DNA of 61,332 nt from Ruditapes philippinarum (GCF_026571515.1 NW_026853689.1:124001-185332); one strand, 5' to 3'. Shown: positions 27,201-41,564, numbered from the stretch's first letter. Numbers and translations are program-made. The notes: generated by a model not told the origin, from the sequence alone.

Positions 27201-28419
27201 ATAAAACAAATTTTCTAATAATTCTGTTTCGGAGCAAAAGTGATGTTTTTTGCTATGTCGATTGCCCATAAGCGAAAGAACGGTGCATATTCTTGATTAT
27301 ATATAGCAACAAAGCGAGTTCCCAACAACAACTTAAACAAATATACATGTATTTGTCTTTTACCTAATGTGCATGCTAGATATGCACAACTGACCCCCTA
27401 GCAAAAGGAAGATATGCTAGTTTGGAACTGAGACATTGTTACTCGTTCGCCAAGAAGAATGTGTTGAACATCATGCAGAATAGGTCTTAATCTTTCTTTA
27501 AAATACCTCCATGGTCATACAATATACTGAATTTGCAGAAACATTATTTGCAGATGTTTTGTTATAGAAAAAATGTAACGTTACATTTTTGTTTCTTTTT
27601 CAGTAATAAGATATACATAAATTTCAAGAAATATTCCTTATCGCTATTCAAGTGAAAATATATGTAGAAATCGTGGGAAAATAATGTGTCTAACTATATC
27701 CAAAAGAACATTAATTATGATTATTCGGGCGTTATTCCAGCATTTTTGATATAGTTCACATAACAACAGCGAAACATTATCGACCAAAATATACTGAATT
27801 CTTGAAGCTAACAAATTATGTTGTCAAGTGACAAATGCTTACTTTTATAACTTTCCTCTAAGGTCTATCATATAAGCACAATCTTCAACAGTTTGACCAT
27901 TGCTAAGTGCACTACAGGCGACAAAAGTTGCAAACACTTTGACTTCTACTAATATATGACGTGTAAACATTTATTATAAAGATAAAAAATGGTTTAGTAT
28001 ATTGGTTGTGATAAACATCCATTTATTTTCCCTCAAATTCTCGGTAGATACAAATTCATTGACCATTCATATCCTTAAAACTGTTTTTCAGAAATACTTA
28101 AACAATTTCTTCAACATATTTTCATTTGTTCATCTGCACCTACCTTGTATGATTTTATATCATTTCCCTTATCAGCAACATTCTGTTGGTTTGACTTGAT
28201 TTAAAAATTGCCTTTCCTGTCATATCGTCTACGATCTTGTCAAATATGCTTGTGGTCTTACTGTAAAAGGACATTTGTCTTCAAGAAGAAGTCTGGTGAA
28301 CAAGTTTTATATTATTATATTTTGTTGACAACGCTTGCATAGATTGCTGCACTTTTAAAACCTGAAGAAAGCGTGATTCCTCGGAAGCATTAATCACAAC
28401 AATATTACATGAAAATTGC

Positions 28420-28624
28420 GGATTCGGATTGACCGAGTCTTGAGGGATAATGAAATAGTGCAACATCCCTCATTCCCCTAGCACCGACTGAGCGGTACTA
28501 AATTTTCAACACTTTAAAGTGCTGGAATAAATAACACCAAAGGACCAGAAAAATATAACTACAACGAAGAGTAGTACGAGAAACATTTTACAGCTGCCAA
28601 ACAGCACTTGACACCTTATGTTGT
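28420..28624. mobile_element. ~205 bp copy B-specific insertion flanked by a ~32 bp direct repeat
   Basis: gcat(t/a)aatcacaacaa(t/a)attacatgaaaattgc occurs on both sides but only once in copy A (~18047). Confidence 0.7.
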
Positions 28625-30646
28625 GCATAAATCACAACAAAATTACATGAAAATTGCAAATTCAATTTGATTTTGAAAATTTTGCTTAACAGAAAAAGCG
28701 ATATCTGTATCATATTGCAATTGGCGTTAAAATATATGTATACATTTTGTATATTTGAAGATATAATATTGGTGAAATGCAAAATGTGCTTCTAATCATG
28801 GCTACTTTATTAGCTTATTTCAAAATATTTTTCATGGGGTTAATATATACAATAAAAATCCAAAACAATTCAACATAAAAAAAAACGTTTTGCAAAAACT
28901 TGAAATTTATTTTCATTGGATCTTAAGTCATGTTGTAAATGTTATATTGGGACTTTTAATTTGTACTGGTATAAAATACTTGAATAGCCCCTACGTGCAT
29001 TATTTCAGGTACGTGGGGTGAACAACTGAGCTTTTATGGAGCTTGTTAATGTATAGCTTCCACACACGAAGAATCGAAAGTCACTGGTGGTATATGAATC
29101 CCACAGCAGTGAAAATATGTGCTTTGTGATCAGCAACCTTAACCACTGGACAATGGTTTAACTAAAATTGATAATAAAGCCGATAGCAGGATTAAGAGTT
29201 TTACATTTGTAACGGTGCTTTCAATTAGTTTGGACGATATCAATATAATAAAGAGCAGATTAAAGATTTTATTTCAAATTTAATCATCACAGCTCACCAT
29301 CAACCATTATACTTAAAGTAGCATCCTAAGAAAGTGGACTGATATTTTAAGAAGACAACATGTTTGTAGAATAACATATAAACTGGAATATTTGTGTAGA
29401 GATATCTTATTTGAAAAGCCATTTTTGTATTTTCTACATTTTCAGTTAAGCACCATCGGTTACAATAGTCCTCTAGCTGATTTAAATGTTATTGTAATCC
29501 ATCGGCTGTTTTGCTAATTAGCAGTACATTAAGTATCGCATTCCCTTTTTGTCGTAGATAATGACTGATCTGAACAACATTACACCGGATAACAATCTGC
29601 CCCGTCTTAGTTATGATCTTGCGCTGTTGTTCACGTACTTATGACATGTTTTTCTTCTATCTACCCAGATTTGACTGTCGATTGCGACAATGCATGGTCT
29701 TACAGGGATAGCCGGGCGTAGAGGTGCCCTTTTAAACTAATATTTCTTCAGCGAACGTACTCGTAAAATCAACTTGGACTGTCAGTTCTTGACCTTCAAT
29801 TTTAATACATGTAGGTCAATAGGTCCACCGTCATATATAACCATACTTAAAACAGTACCTAAGTCCAATGCCTCTATTGTTCAATAGCCAGCAGCACATT
29901 TTCTTCAAGGTCTTCCCACTCCAAAGTCCTAGGGCGGCTCGGTTTGGCCAAGATTTTATCGGCAAACATTATTTGGTAGATTGGTAAGTGATAAAAAGAA
30001 AAAAATACGTCAGTACAATATATGAGCTTAAATTTTATAAAAATTGTTAAAAACGGGAGGTAATTTTAACATTTTTAGGAGAGACATTCTTGAAAGATTT
30101 GCATCCCTTACTTAGCAAATATACCACCTGAGCAGTAAAATATTATAGTATAATGCATTATCATAATTACAGAGATTAACAAATATTTAATCTAAGTACA
30201 TGTATATCTATTTCGGTTTATGAAAGATTAGTCTCTAATTGGTTTGTTGTGTTGATTTCCTGCTGTGTTTGTTTTACCTCTAAGTATAGCGTCAGTATTT
30301 CAATGAATAAGGAGAATTGTTCAAATTTGAACAATAGCTAAACATTGCATACTCGTATTAACTAATATTAAATGGTTAAAAGAGGAACAAAATGTGATCC
30401 AATATTTAGAATGCTTATTTCCTTGTCGTATTGTGTGGAAAAAAATGTGAAGAAATTTATGGAACATTCATAATAAGAGGCCTCTTTCGGCAGTTATTCG
30501 TTTGTTTAAAATTCAAATTTGTTTTTCTAAGAAGTTTCGACACAAAATGACCACATCACCGTCTCGTCTGTAGGGTGGCAAATATAATTGTTATAAATGC
30601 AAGATAGATATACCTCGACCAAAATAGCGTATAAAATTTTTAAAAG

Positions 30647-30830
30647 TACATTCGACTTCACTTATAACGAACTCGCTTGTAACAAATTATCGTAAATAGC
30701 GAACTAAAACTGAAATCCCAGACCGATTCCGTCTTTATTCTATATTAAATCACATCGCTTAATACGTACTTTCTTAAAACGATTTTTCGGCTATAGCGAA
30801 CTTTTTTTTTTCAAGTCTCACGATTGTAAC
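30647..30830 (+). mobile_element. Degenerate pogo/Tigger-like DNA transposon end (also ~37564-37770)
   Basis: TA-cattcgacttcacttataacgaactcgcttg/ataacgaattatcg with reiterated ataacgaa/atagcgaa subterminal motifs. Confidence 0.45.
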
Positions 30831-31079
30831 AAACTGTTAAAATTGAAATATCGGGATGCTCTCGATTGAAGATCAGTACATAAATACTGCTACCCGATAA
30901 TTATTCAATCGAGTGATTTCACAAGTCGATATGCCTTCAGGGAATAAAGATTTTGGTAAAATGTTCTCACAAGCCGCTTTGCTAGTATTGAATAACTTTG
31001 TAACATTACAGTGTTTAAATTGCAACGACAGCAAAACTGAAATAAAACGAACGGCGATTTCTTTGGATACAAAAATGTC

Positions 31080-31746
31080 CTGGATCTACTGATCTCCAAT
31101 ATGTAAATGTCTTTTTAATAGTACAGTGTTTATTTTAACATTTGAATTGTATTATTAGTAGTTATTTTTATTACTACATTCTTTTATGGAAAAGTAATGA
31201 GGAAATAGTATTCATTTTTTTCTTTTTTTAGTCCAGGCACACAATTATAAAGAACTTGAAATTGTGGATATATACTATCAGCATCAATTTGAAGCATTGG
31301 GGTTTGGATAATTGTTTCTAAAATAACTTCACTTAATGCTGATAGTCAGATAACAGTTAACAATGGATCAATTTATTGTCAATAACATTTTTTTTTTTTT
31401 TGTGACACACTTGTTTATAGTGTAAAATTTATTGGATACATATTACTAGACTAGTATCAGATGGACACACAGTTTCCTCATGATCCATATACATTTAAAC
31501 TTCACATTATTAACAACATTGTATAAATATAGTTAACAATATTTTAGGCCAAATCATTATTTTAATACTTGGTCTTTTAAAATAGATGCTATCTAATGTT
31601 TTAAGTAATGTATAGATTGATTTGTCTCTTATATTTCTGCATTGAAAGGCATACGTATTTTATTATGTTTTAAACTACAGTTTTATATCATGTTGTACGT
31701 ATGAAGAGACATTAATAAACTATTTGACTTGACTTGACTTGACTGA
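31080..31746 (+). mobile_element. Copy B-specific insertion, probable retroposon 3' end
   Basis: Ends aataaactattt(gactt)x3; absent from copy C at ~37995. Confidence 0.5.
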
Positions 31747-32870
31747 CAGATGATACGCAAAAAAAATGTTTCTGAAAATGTTTTCAAATGGTACGTTATT
31801 TTGCAAATGTCGTCATTGTTGAAAAGTTTACACTGCAAACGAAAGATTTAGAAGAAAAATATCAGTGGCAAAGTCTGACAATGTAATTAATGTCGTATTC
31901 TTCACAGCTCATGGTCTCCATATATAAGTTGTCCATTTAGTATTACATTAGTTGTTACATTTAATATTTGTAAATACAATAAATTGTTATAGAGCCTCTT
32001 TGAAAATGTGTAAATATTTTGAGTACACACAGAATCTATGTAATGTTTTAAACTGTAAACACGATATGTAAACACAGAATAAATACATGTGGCTGTTTTC
32101 CTATTTTCTTTTTTTAATGAATTACCAAATTAAATTAGACCAGTAACAGGAAGTGCAGCTCCCAGTCATAGTTTGTGCATTCTCTTATTCATTTAAGACA
32201 TATTCAGTAAGAATTTTCTAGAATTCAAAATAATTCTGCCATTACATTATTTAAGCTAAAGATGAGCATGTGCTAAACTGTTGCCTGAATGATAAATACG
32301 TCATCACACAAGACACCCATTATGTAAGCAGGAAAATGTTGATGTGCTGTCTTAATGCTACACCTCATGTGACTTCTTTTTGTTTCCCAAGTCAAAACAT
32401 TGTCCAGCACAAACACTTTTGTTTTACAGTGTTTTCATATTATACACACAAAACACTATATTAAAATCTATGTTTACATCAAAAGACTGAAACGTTTCAT
32501 AGTAATTCGCGTGAGTACTTTTGGGGAACAATGCAAAATTAAAATTTCATTAGAATAATTATGTACAAATAAAGATACATTTTACTGATTCCTATATATA
32601 TGTATTTTTTGTGTTGACCGTGCACTTTAATTTAATACGGTCACGTACTTGTTGACGTGAATGACATAAACCAGTATCCTGTGATTATCAGAAAGTTGAC
32701 TTTTATACGAGACGCGTGTGGTATAAAGACGCGTGTGGTACAAAGACGCGTGTGATACAACTTACAACCAGTTCGTTCTTGAATGCGTGATTTTTTTCGT
32801 TGTTTTTATTTTTCTTGTTTGTTCGGGGTTATTTTGATTATTATTATCATTATTATTATTATTATTATTA

Positions 32871-34074
32871 TTATCCCCCGCCGAAAATTTTCGGCGGAGG
32901 ATATAGTAATAGTCTCCGTCCGTCCGTCCGTCCGTCCGACCTTCCGTCCTTCCGTCCGTCCGTCCTTCCGTCCGAAATTTTTGTCCGGAGCATATCTCTA
33001 AAAGTATTTGAGTTATCAACTTGAAACTTCATAGGTGGATAGACCTCATTGAGGAGGAGTGCAGTGCACAAGAATGATAACTCTACCTTGCATGATTTTT
33101 GAGTTATTGCCCTTTGTTATTTTTCAAAATTGATTTTTGTCCAGAGCATAACTCCAAAAGCCTATGAGATATTAACATGAAACTTCATAGGTGCATAGAT
33201 CTCACTCAGGAGGTGTGCAGTGCACAAGAATAATAACTCTTCCTTTCATAATTTTTGAGTTATTGCCCTTTGTTATTTTTCATACCTAATTTTTCACCTG
33301 AGTAGAGCATAACTCAAAAAGTGTTTGAGATATCAACATGAAATGTCATAGAAGGATAGATCTTATTGAGGAGAAATGTTGTGCGCAAGAATGATAACTC
33401 TTCCCTAAACAATTTTTGAGTTATTGCCCTTTGTTGTTTTTTTCATGCTATTTTGTCCAGAGCTTATCTGAAAAAGTATTTGAGGTATCATCTTGAAACT
33501 TCATAGGTGGATGGATCTCATTGAGGAGGAATGCAGTGCTAAAGAATGATAACTCTGCCCTGCATTATTTTTGAGTTATTGCCCTTTGTTATTTTTCAAA
33601 ATTAATTTTTGTCCAGAGCATAACTCAAAAAGCCTTTGAGATATCAAAATGAAACTTCACAGGTGCATAGATCTCACTCAGGAGGTGTGCACTGCACAAG
33701 AATGATAACTGTACCTTTTATAATTTTTGAGTTATTGCCCTTTGTTATTTTTCATACTTAATTTTTCAATTCAATTTTTTTCTCAAAAAGTATTTGAAGT
33801 ATCAACTTGAAACTTCATAGGTGGATAGATTTTACTGAGGAGGGATGCAGCACACAAGGATGATAACCTACCCTGCATTATTTTTCAGTTATTGCCCTTT
33901 GTTATTTTCAGCCATCAGTATTCACATAGGTTTCAAATCTGTTATCACTATAGCCATCAGTTTTCATTACCAAAAGACCTCTTAAAATGGAATTATTCTG
34001 CTCTACTACATATACATTCTTCCAATGAGCAAACACATTCGGCGGGGGATGGCCATGTTGACATGGCTCTTGTT
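32871..34074 (+). mobile_element. Non-autonomous Helentron-type element (HINE/pearl-like) with internal ~160-170 bp satellite
   Basis: 5' ttATCCCCCGCCGaa with adjacent IR ttcggcggaggat, (CCGT)n microsatellite, ~6 tandem units sharing gagttattgccctttgtt, 3' subTIR ttcggcgggggat and palindrome gccatgttgacatggc. It sits in (ATT)n. Confidence 0.88.
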
Positions 34075-34099
34075 ACTATTATTATTATTATTATTATTA

Positions 34100-37000
34100 T
34101 CTTTTTAAGGTTGATACATTTGCATTTCAGCTAATTGATCGGTAAATCGAATTATCGTTAAATCGAATAATTGTTAAATCGAATCCTACTGGAGTCACGA
34201 CCGCATTTTTTCACATGACACTAGCACATGAACATAATGTACAGCGAGGTGAACAGATAAGAGAGAGGCGTTCCAATTATCATTACAATCGAACTATGAT
34301 AAATTTCTATAAACAATCTCTTATAAACAGATGTCGGTTGAAGTCATATAATTCACCAATTTCTCCCTAATTAAACTATTGCACATAGAATTAATTTAAG
34401 AAACACCCTCTCTGTAAGGATGGATTTACATAATATACGTTATCAGCGACGTGCTACTGGTTTACCTTGTCGCATTGAAATGCTCCACCTAATCATCTAC
34501 AATCACACGATGATATCAGTTTTTACGAACCCTAAGAAGCGCATCTTATGAAGCAAGAACTGCAAACATTTTAACCCGTACTACTGTAAAACATTGCGAT
34601 AGCTGTTTCCTTTAAACGGGATTGAAACCGAAGAGGTTAAAGATCATAAATAAAGCCATCTATACGATATAGAGCCAAGTACATCTATACATTAGCATGA
34701 ACACATGAACTTCTAAACACATGAATTGGTTTATGAACAAAATAGTCAAAATATTTTGACGTGCGAAAGTTTGATTCTGAGATAGTTTTGTTCTGAGTCA
34801 GAGGGGAGATATTGCCCATACATAAATTAGCACAATATTTCAACGCGAAGTGCAATTACTTGGACTATAAACAAAACAAAGACATAAAATACTGAAAGGG
34901 CACTTTGCCTTAAAATTAATGGACAAACACGATAAATACATTTTGGCACAGCACCTGATAAATAAACAAAAATACAAAACCAGCGCAAATTCGAACAATA
35001 TAAGCCTAAGAGGACAGGAGATATTATACATTTTTATACAAAGGAAAATATTGTGAAGTTGGCATGGCTATGTACTGTTACATACATAGGTGATAATTTC
35101 TCTTAATCTACTTATGTTTGATTACATAAAAAGAGGGGATATGCATACGTAAAATATGTGGTACATTGTATGACATTATTTCAAACTTATATTCCAGTTA
35201 AGTATCAACTGAAATTTCTTTTTTCATTTTACTTATGAAATAAAATACACGAGTAGCTTAAACGAAAACGAAAATTATTGCATGCATAATATGTGTAGTA
35301 TGAATTAATATGATTCTTTCACAACTTGAAAGAAGACATTAAATGAAGTCAGTGTTATAAAGATATAAGCTTTTGGGGTTTTATTATTATGATTTTTTTG
35401 ATGTCGTAATCAATTCAACAATGTAAAATTGATCGACAAGGAATGGCAATATCACATTTTTTTTTGTTTTAGCAGTTGATTAGATCACCTGAATTGCAGG
35501 TCTGTCCTTAGCCTTTGAAGTTGCGCATGCATTAAAATGATTGAAATAGATCATAAATAACCTATAAATTGTCATTAAAATGTTATTAACGAAGCCCTGT
35601 GCCATGTTTTACAATCAAAAAGATATCATATATTCATGTAATATAAAACCGGTGCGTTCTTTATTTGTCCCTTTCCTACAATAACTATAAAACAATAAAG
35701 GGTCTTGCATTATATACATGCATTCATATTTTTTTCACAGTACTTCACAGTAAAACAAATTTTCTAATAATTCTGTTTCGGAGCAAAAGTGATGTTTTTT
35801 GCTATGCCGATTGCCCATGCGCGGAAGAACGGTACATTATATTGACGTACCATAGCAACGGAGGGCGTTCAACAACAACTTCAACAATATAAACATATAT
35901 TTGTCTTGTACCTAATGTGCATGCTAGATATGCACACCTGACCCTTAAACAAAAAGAAGACAAACTACTTTGCAACTAAGACTGAGCGATAGTTACCCGT
36001 CCGTAAAGAAAAAATGTGTTGAACTTCATGCAGCTAACAAGTGTTTATATGCATAAATCTTTCTTTCACATACCTCCATGGTCATACAATGTACCAAATT
36101 TGCAAAAACATTATTTGCTTATGTTTTGTTATAAAATAAATCATAACATTACAGTTTTGTTTCTGTTGCAGTAATAAGATATACATAAATTTCAAGGAAT
36201 GTTCTTTATCGCTATTCAAGAGAAAATATATGTGAAAATCGTGAGAAAATAATGTGTCTAACTATGATAATATCCAAAAGAACATTAATTATGATTATTC
36301 GGGCGTTATTCCAGCATTTTTGATATAGTTTACATAACAATAGCGAAACATTATCGATCAAGATATACTGAATTCTTGAAGCTAACAAATTATGTTGTCA
36401 AGTGACAAATGCTTACATTTCCTCTAAGGTCTTTCATATAGGCACAATCTTCAACAGTTTGACCATTGCTAAGTGCACTACAGGCGACAAAAGTTGCAAA
36501 CACTTTGACTTCTACTAATGTATGACGTGTAAACATTTATTATAAAGATAAAAAAATGGTTTAGTATATTGGTTGTGATCAACATCCATTAATTTACTCT
36601 CAAATTCTCGGTAAAGACAAATTCATTGACCATTCATATCCTTAAGCTTAAAATTGTTTTTCAGAAATGCTTAAACAATTTCTTCTACAGATTTTCATTT
36701 GTTCATCTGCACCTACCTTGTTTAATTTTATATCATTTCCCTTATCAGCAACATTCTGTTGGTTTGACTTGATTTAATAATTGCCTTTCCTGTCACATCG
36801 TCTACGATCTTGTCAAATCTGCTTGCAGTCTTACTGTAAACTTTCACTCCAAAGTCCTAGGACGGCTCGGTTTGACCAAGATTTTATCGGCAAACATTAT
36901 TTGGTAGATTGATAAGTGATAAAAGAATTCATTCTGAAAAAATACGTCAGTACACTATACGGGCTTAACTTTTAGAAAACATTGTAAAACGGGAGGTTAT

Positions 37001-39420
37001 TTAAACATATTTAGGAGAGACGTTCTTGACAGATTTATCCCTTACTTAGCAAATATACCACTTGAGCAGTAAATATTATAGTATAATGCATTATCATAAT
37101 TACAGAGATTAACAAATATTTAATCTAAGTACATGTATATCTATTTCGGCTTGTTTGTGAATTCACATGAAAGATAAGTCTCTAATTCGTTTATTCTGTT
37201 GAATTTCTGCTGGTCCGTGCTGGATATTTGTTTTACCACTAAGTAAAGCGTCAGTATTTCGATGAACAACGAGGATTTCATACTCGTGTTAACTAATATT
37301 AAATGGTTAAAAGAGGATCAGAATGTGATCCTATATTTAAATTCTTTGTTTTCTTGGCGTATGATTTGATGAAATTCATGGGACATACATATTAAAATGC
37401 CCCTTTCGGCAGTTATTCGTTTGTTTCAAATTCAAATTTGTTTTTCTTAGAAGTCTCGACACAAAATGACCACATCACCGTCTCGTCTGTAGGGTGGCAA
37501 ATATAATTGTTATAAATGCAAGATAGATCTCTCGACCAAAGGAGCGTATAAAATTATCAAAAGTACATTCGACTCCACTTATAACGAACTCGCTTATAAC
37601 GAATTATCGTGAATAACTAAATATGAAATCCCCGACCGATTCCTTCTCTATTCTATATTAAATCACATCGCTTTAAACGTACTTTCTTAAAACGAAATTC
37701 TGCTATAGCGAACCTTTATTTCATGTCCCGAACAAGGAAAACACGTTTAAAAAATCCTCGATTAAAACAAACTGTTAAAATTGAAATATCGGATGCGTTC
37801 GATTGAAGATCAGTACATAAATATATAAATACCGCTATCCGATAATTATTCAATCAAGTGGTTACACAAATTAGTTATGGCTTAAGGGAATAAAGATTTG
37901 GTAAAATGTTCTCACAATTCGCTTCTTTGTAACATTTCAGTGTAAAATTGTAACATCAAAAACTGGAATAGAACGACGGCGATTTCTTTGGATACAACAA
38001 AAAGTTTTCAAATGGCACGTTATTTTGTAAATCTCGCCATTGTTGAAAATTCTACGCTCCAATCAAAAGATTTATAACAAAATATCAGTGGCAAAGTCTG
38101 GCCATGTAATTAATGTCGCATTCTTCACAACTCATGGTCCCGATATATAAGTTGCCCTACCTTAAAGATGCATAATGCTTACATTTAGTATTTGTAAATA
38201 CTGTTAAGTGTTATACAGTCTCTTTGAAAATGTAAGATATACATATTTTGAGTGCATACAGAGAATAAATGTAATGTTTTAAACTTTAAACACTATATGT
38301 AAACACAGCATAATTAGATTGGGTCTTTAAAAAATGGCAGTTTTCTTATTTCATTTTTTGGGGTAAAATTATAAATCTGTCTAAAATTTAAAAAGACTGC
38401 CCCACTCTTTCTATAAACTAAGCATTATAGGTAAATTCTAATGGATATTTACAGAAATTTCGTGTGGATCTGTGAGTTATTCAATGTTTATGCGAACTTA
38501 ATTATTAAATTAAAAGGAATTATGGCAAAATGAAAACCTATTTTGACTTTCACCCGTTCACTGACTATACACACTTGGATGGGCATAATGTCACTTTAAG
38601 CTAAAGATGAGCATGTGCTAAACTGCTGTCTAAATGACAAATACGTCATCACACAATACACCCATTATGTAATCGACTTTCTGAAGCAGGAAAATGTTGA
38701 TGTGCTCTCTTAATGCTACACCTCATGTGACTTCTTTTTGTTCCCCAAGTCAAAACATTGTCCAGCACAAACACTTTTGTTTTACAGTGTCATCATATTT
38801 ACGAAGAAAACAAACTGTGTTTTATATAAAAAAAAACTGGAACTTCCATATTTTTTGCACGCGAGTACTTCTGGGGGGGGGGACCTTACAAAATTATAGA
38901 TTTCATAAGAATATATGAAAAATATTATGTTCATGTGTTAACATACTTTCATATTTAACAATTCTCATATATATATCTGTGTTGACCATGCACCTTTATT
39001 TAATTAATACGGTCATGTACTTGTTGACGTGACTGACATATTATGTATCCTGTGTGATAATCAAAGAGAATGTTGACTTGTAAACGAGACGCGTGTGGTA
39101 CAACTTACAACCCGTTTGGTCTTGAATACGTGATTTGCTCGTTGTTATTGTTTTTATTTTTCTTGTTTGTTTGGGGGTATTTTGTTCGTTTGTTTTGTTG
39201 TGTTTTTTTTAACTCAGTGTGTGGCTACGTGTGTGTTGTTTTTATATGATATTCTTCTATGATTCGTCATAAGTTTATTTTAATATTAAATACTATTTAT
39301 ACATATTATAAAAATCAGAAATAAATGTCGATCAAATACATGTACTTTTTAACAACAGATACCTATATATGTAGAAAAGAAAGAGTGTAACAAATTGCAA
39401 AGACGTTTATTAATTCAAAC
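34100..39420 (+). repeat. Tandem segmental duplication, copy C (internal deletions at ~35040 and ~36840)
   Basis: Starts ctttttaaggttgatacatttgcatttcagc, matching ~15035. At 36840, ttactgtaaa joins directly to cactccaaagtcctagg. Confidence 0.9.
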
Positions 39421-39653
39421 ATTTATAATAATGCATCCTTCATTGATTGTCTTCAGTTCTAAGCTAAATCTTTACTTCTGGTTTTATTCTTCCTAGAAAG
39501 AACTAAAGACATACTGCCCATTTTTTCTGGTACATTATGATGCTATATATATTTATCGCAAGATACCATCCCTCTCCATAGAGAACGAAGGCGAAATCAT
39601 TATTAAAATTCGTTATACACAAAGATAATAACTCACCGTAAAGTATTATCATG

Positions 39654-40826
39654 AATAAAGAAATAGAGGATATTTGTTTGTTTGTGTGTAAGATGAAATT
39701 TTATTTCATCGAGTGGGCTTTAAAAACAGTATTCTCACGAGTGGCGTAGCCACGAGTGAGAATACTGTTTTTAAAGTTCACGAGATGAAATAAAATTACA
39801 TCTTACACAACAAACAGACAAATTTTCTTTTTATTTTATGCTTAAAAACAAGTTAAAACGAAATTTCCATAATTTTAACGTTAATATTAAAATCTGTTTC
39901 CCCCATTGAGAGCCCCATTTAGACGGAATTTCTCATTAAAAACAAGAAGTCTTAAGCTGAAAAATAAGTCCGCCAATCAAGGTTAAATGACGGTGATATT
40001 TATTCATTTTACTAAAAAAATATGAATGATCGCTTGTTTTAATAATAAAAACAAACAATTCTTGTAGGAGAAAAAGTCCAACCATCCATCCATATTTCTG
40101 TTACTTACTGCGAATTTATATTAGACCTGGCTTTGTAAAATGTAAGCGGCAGCCATTTTTTAAAGTTGTGTATTTCATGGGAGGAAAATAATTGTGTAAG
40201 ATTCAGAGGGATATAATTTGGATTTGTTAGTCATACACCTTTTTAAAAGAAAGAAAACTTATTTGAGGATTGTAACAGACAAGAAATAAGTGTTGACAGA
40301 AGTGAAAACATTCAGAAAAGGAGCTAGGAAAATGGAAAACTTGGAAGTTTGCTAAGGAACGCTGGGTTATTTTACTTATTCTACGAGTGATGGCTATCAA
40401 TGCTTTCAATTTTTCATAAAGCATACGGCAGTTATTGCTCGTAGGATACTTTAATATGCCCAAATGTCATCAAGAGCAGTTTTGCATGGGGAAGGAATGT
40501 ATTTTTCAGACTGCAAAAACGAAACAAAAAAATTTAGAGACGAAATTTGGTGATTGGAATTTGATAGAAAAGAAGTAAGTTTTCTCTCTTTATTACTTTT
40601 GACATTTAAGTTATTTATCTATTTCAGCTTTGCTATTTCTTTTAACAGCCTGACATTGTCAGAATTGTCAGTAAAAATAAAATTGAGGTACCACATGGGG
40701 AAAATCTTAAAAAAGTAGTTTCGTCATTGAAAAAAGTGAAATTATATTTTGATAATTTTCACTGTGAAATTATCAAATATAATTTTCACGGATAAATCAG
40801 TAATCCACTGAAAAGCATAAAATAAA
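39654..40826. mobile_element. Non-autonomous element with a ~150 bp subterminal hairpin (Crypton-like)
   Basis: Hairpin 39673-39823 centred on cacgagtggcgtagccacgagtg; inverted pair tttattttatgctt (~39830) and aagcataaaataaa (~40813); aataaa at both ends. Absent from the duplicate at ~42350-42380. The family assignment is inference. Confidence 0.6.
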
Positions 40827-41564
40827 TATATATATTATCTCATCACATAATAAATAAATCTTTTAATTACATTTTAAAATATTCTAATGATTGTGTTCGT
40901 TTCTGAGATAAATAGTTAAACATGTAAAATTCACAAAAAAGTTATAGGTCAGACGTGATTATATCCGCTGAATGTTCCACAGTTACACATTTACAACGAG
41001 TGAACATTCATTTTTGGTTTTTGTCATTGATTCCATAAAAGTCAAATGCAGACCGGAACTTTTGTTGACAACTTTTATGTGAAGTCTTGTTTGAATATTT
41101 CCTAAACATAATCTAAATTTTCCGTGACATCATTTTCTTTTTTCGTAAAATACATCAAAGAATACAAGCACCGAATCAAGTTCGTTAAATATACATGTAG
41201 CATTCAATTTCTACGAATACTTCAACCACGAAAATCCGAATATTTCCGACTCTATAGCTCTGAAGTATTAAGTATTTTCATTTCCGGTGTTTCGCCATTC
41301 CCAGTAAAATCTATCGTTACTTTCGCATTTGAGTATCTGAAGTGTTTTCTCTTCTGCTGTTAGTCCTAGACAGAGATGAGCTTGAGGATTATATAACCAT
41401 CCATTCTGAAAAAAAGAGTGAAAAAAATGTCTTTTACGTGTAGTTTGTTATCCCTTTTCTACGTCAAAGAAGGGAATGTGTATTTTGTTTTTTATTTGTT
41501 GTTGTTGTTGTTTTTGGTTTTTTTGTTGTTTTTTCTTGGGGGAGGGGGGAGCTTATAATTGATA

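Larger units (their letters stand above)
25340..32840 (+). repeat. Tandem segmental duplication, copy B
   Basis: Starts tgcagaaattctagattttagccctctgaaaa; contains the empty sites for both copy A insertions. Confidence 0.92.

Noticed and set aside
32762-33071. Four overlapping ORFs with RTDG/SVRP/poly-I repeats
   Set aside because: Derived from the (ATT)n and (CCGT)n microsatellites at the HINE end.
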